Origin: Klebsormidium nitens
Taxonomy: Eukaryota > Plantae > Klebsormidiophyceae
Reading direction: 5' to 3'
DNA: 64,000 nt
Assembly (NCBI GenBank): GCA_000708835.1
Contig: DF237296.1
Location: 25,778 to 89,777, forward strand
Made by a program: the position numbers and the translations under genes. How positions within the stretch are numbered: the first letter of the stretch is position 1; each line of letters starts with the position of its first letter. This document shows positions 62,733 to 64,000 of the stretch, piece after piece. The notes below the pieces were generated by a model. That model was not told the DNA's origin. It made no database searches and was given only the letters and a program-made list of their open reading frames with translations.

Positions 62733-63170
62733 GACACGTCACAGAGGGCAATCTGCATGCAGGTCTGGAAACTGCTTGTCTGGCAGATTGTGGCGCAAGT
62801 TCTGCGCCATTTTCCAGACACGTGGTCGCCGCCAAGATTGCGTACATCGACACGTATGTGCCAACCTGCTTGCGGAGGTGCATGCAGTAACATGCAGCTG
62901 ACACGAAGCACAAGGTGGGCGAGTAAGAGACTGACAGCTCACTGCGGTGGTTTTCCCAATGTGCTGATTTGGAAGGGGCGACCCTGCAAGACTGGCGGCA
63001 ACCTTCGCTTTCGCAATCTCGTCGGGATTCGGCTGCAACAAGTGGGTCACTTCAGTAGGAGTTCCGAGTCAGGACCGTGACAGTCACGTGAAAGGAGTCA
63101 AGCCTTTCAATAGGTAGGTAGGTACCTACCTAGGACACTTGGATAGATGTTTGTATTCCTGCATGCAGAG
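62733..63170 (-). promoter_or_regulatory. ABRE (ACGTGTC x3) and RY-like (CATGCA x4) cluster upstream of the dehydrin-like gene
   Basis: GACACGT on the + strand at 62733, 62817 and 62849, a CACGTG G-box at ~63085, and CATGCA at ~62756, 62881, 62892 and 63162. All lie 0.2-0.65 kb upstream of the ATG at 62516. Confidence 0.55.
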
Positions 63171-63561
63171 GGCAGCAAGTGCAATAGGTTTTCTGTGTAC
63201 AGGTGAGTGTGCACACTGCACAGAAGGTACACCCAAAACAAAATCTTTTCTGGCCGCGGCTTCAATTATTATCAGTATTGATGGGACCCCGGGGACTATT
63301 TACTTCTCAGGCTAGCTGACGCAACCACTCCCACCTATTGCCCCAAGTGGCAGTACGTCATTGTACGCCAAGTTCCAACCCAGGTTGTAACAAATGGAAA
63401 AGTGCCACCTGGAAGCGTAGGAATAGACGGTACCCCAATTTTGGCAGTCAGGACGGTACGTACTACGTACTACTGTCAGGCTCGAAGAGTCGAACGTAGC
63501 ACTTGAGAAATTACGTCCCGCTCTAGTTTGCTTTCTAAAATATCTAAGCCCGGGGCCGCGG

Positions 63562-64000
63562 CAGTGTTTGCCACGAACCGGTGTTATGTGTGGACCTAGC
63601 CGGCTGGAGCGAGGGTCCAACCGGTGCCGAAAGCACTCAGCCGGCTAGGCTCCGGTTATAAACCGGCGCAAGCCACCAGGTACCGGCTGAGTTTGGCTGA
63701 GATACTCATACTGTCGAAAACCCGGTGAAAAGGATCCGGGAAATTCGGACAGACCGGTAGAAAGTTTGCTCTCGAAGCCGGCAGAAACAAAGGGTGGCCG
63801 GTAGAATGCCGTGGCACCGGCCAAACTTGGCCCGGGTGGCAAATTGCAATCGCTGGGCCGTGGGCGTCCCGGACCGCGGCACCGTGACCGGACTCGGAGT
63901 CCGCATAGATCGGCGGTAAAGCCGGCCGCGCCCCGCAGATCCCGACGGTTGCAGTGGGCGGCCGGCCGCCCCCGCGATCGCCGGCGCCGGCCGCCACTCA
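63562..64000. mobile_element. Possible left end of a hAT-like DNA transposon (CCGG-rich subterminal region), running off the window
   Basis: Begins CAGTGTTTGCCAC, which resembles hAT termini, and is followed by ~20 CCGG motifs in ~440 bp. The other end is not visible. Confidence 0.3.

Overview
Intron-rich, roughly 50-55% GC eukaryotic nuclear DNA. It is most likely a streptophyte green alga of the Klebsormidium type; this is inferred from the plant-type NOA1 and DHHC genes, a flagellar ODA16/DAW1 gene, a dehydrin-like gene and the GC content. Eight gene models could be assembled by hand with phase-consistent splice sites: RPS25 (-), NOA1/RIF1 cGTPase (+), a ~1030-aa uncharacterised protein with two Ser/Gly-rich beta-hairpin-like segments (-, two 1-bp frameshifts), a DHHC S-acyltransferase (-), PGAP1 GPI inositol-deacylase (+), an intronless F-box/LRR-ARM gene (-, one 1-bp frameshift), DAW1/ODA16 (+) and a dehydrin-like protein with an articulin/alveolin-like core (-). 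The 3' end of an unidentified gene lies at the left edge. Four signals stand out. (1) A dehydrin S/Phi/K tail is fused to a Val/Pro/charged-repeat core, behind an ABRE+RY-rich promoter. (2) The palindrome TGACGTCA occurs at least 20 times, in exons and introns alike, like a eukaryotic HIP1. (3) Introns are built from tandem, decaying copies of the adjacent exon-intron junction, most of which keep GT/AG. (4) The uncharacterised protein is a candidate beta-pore-forming protein. There is also a hAT-type MITE, two other TIR-like elements and several small repeats. No rRNA, tRNA or CRISPR array was recognised.
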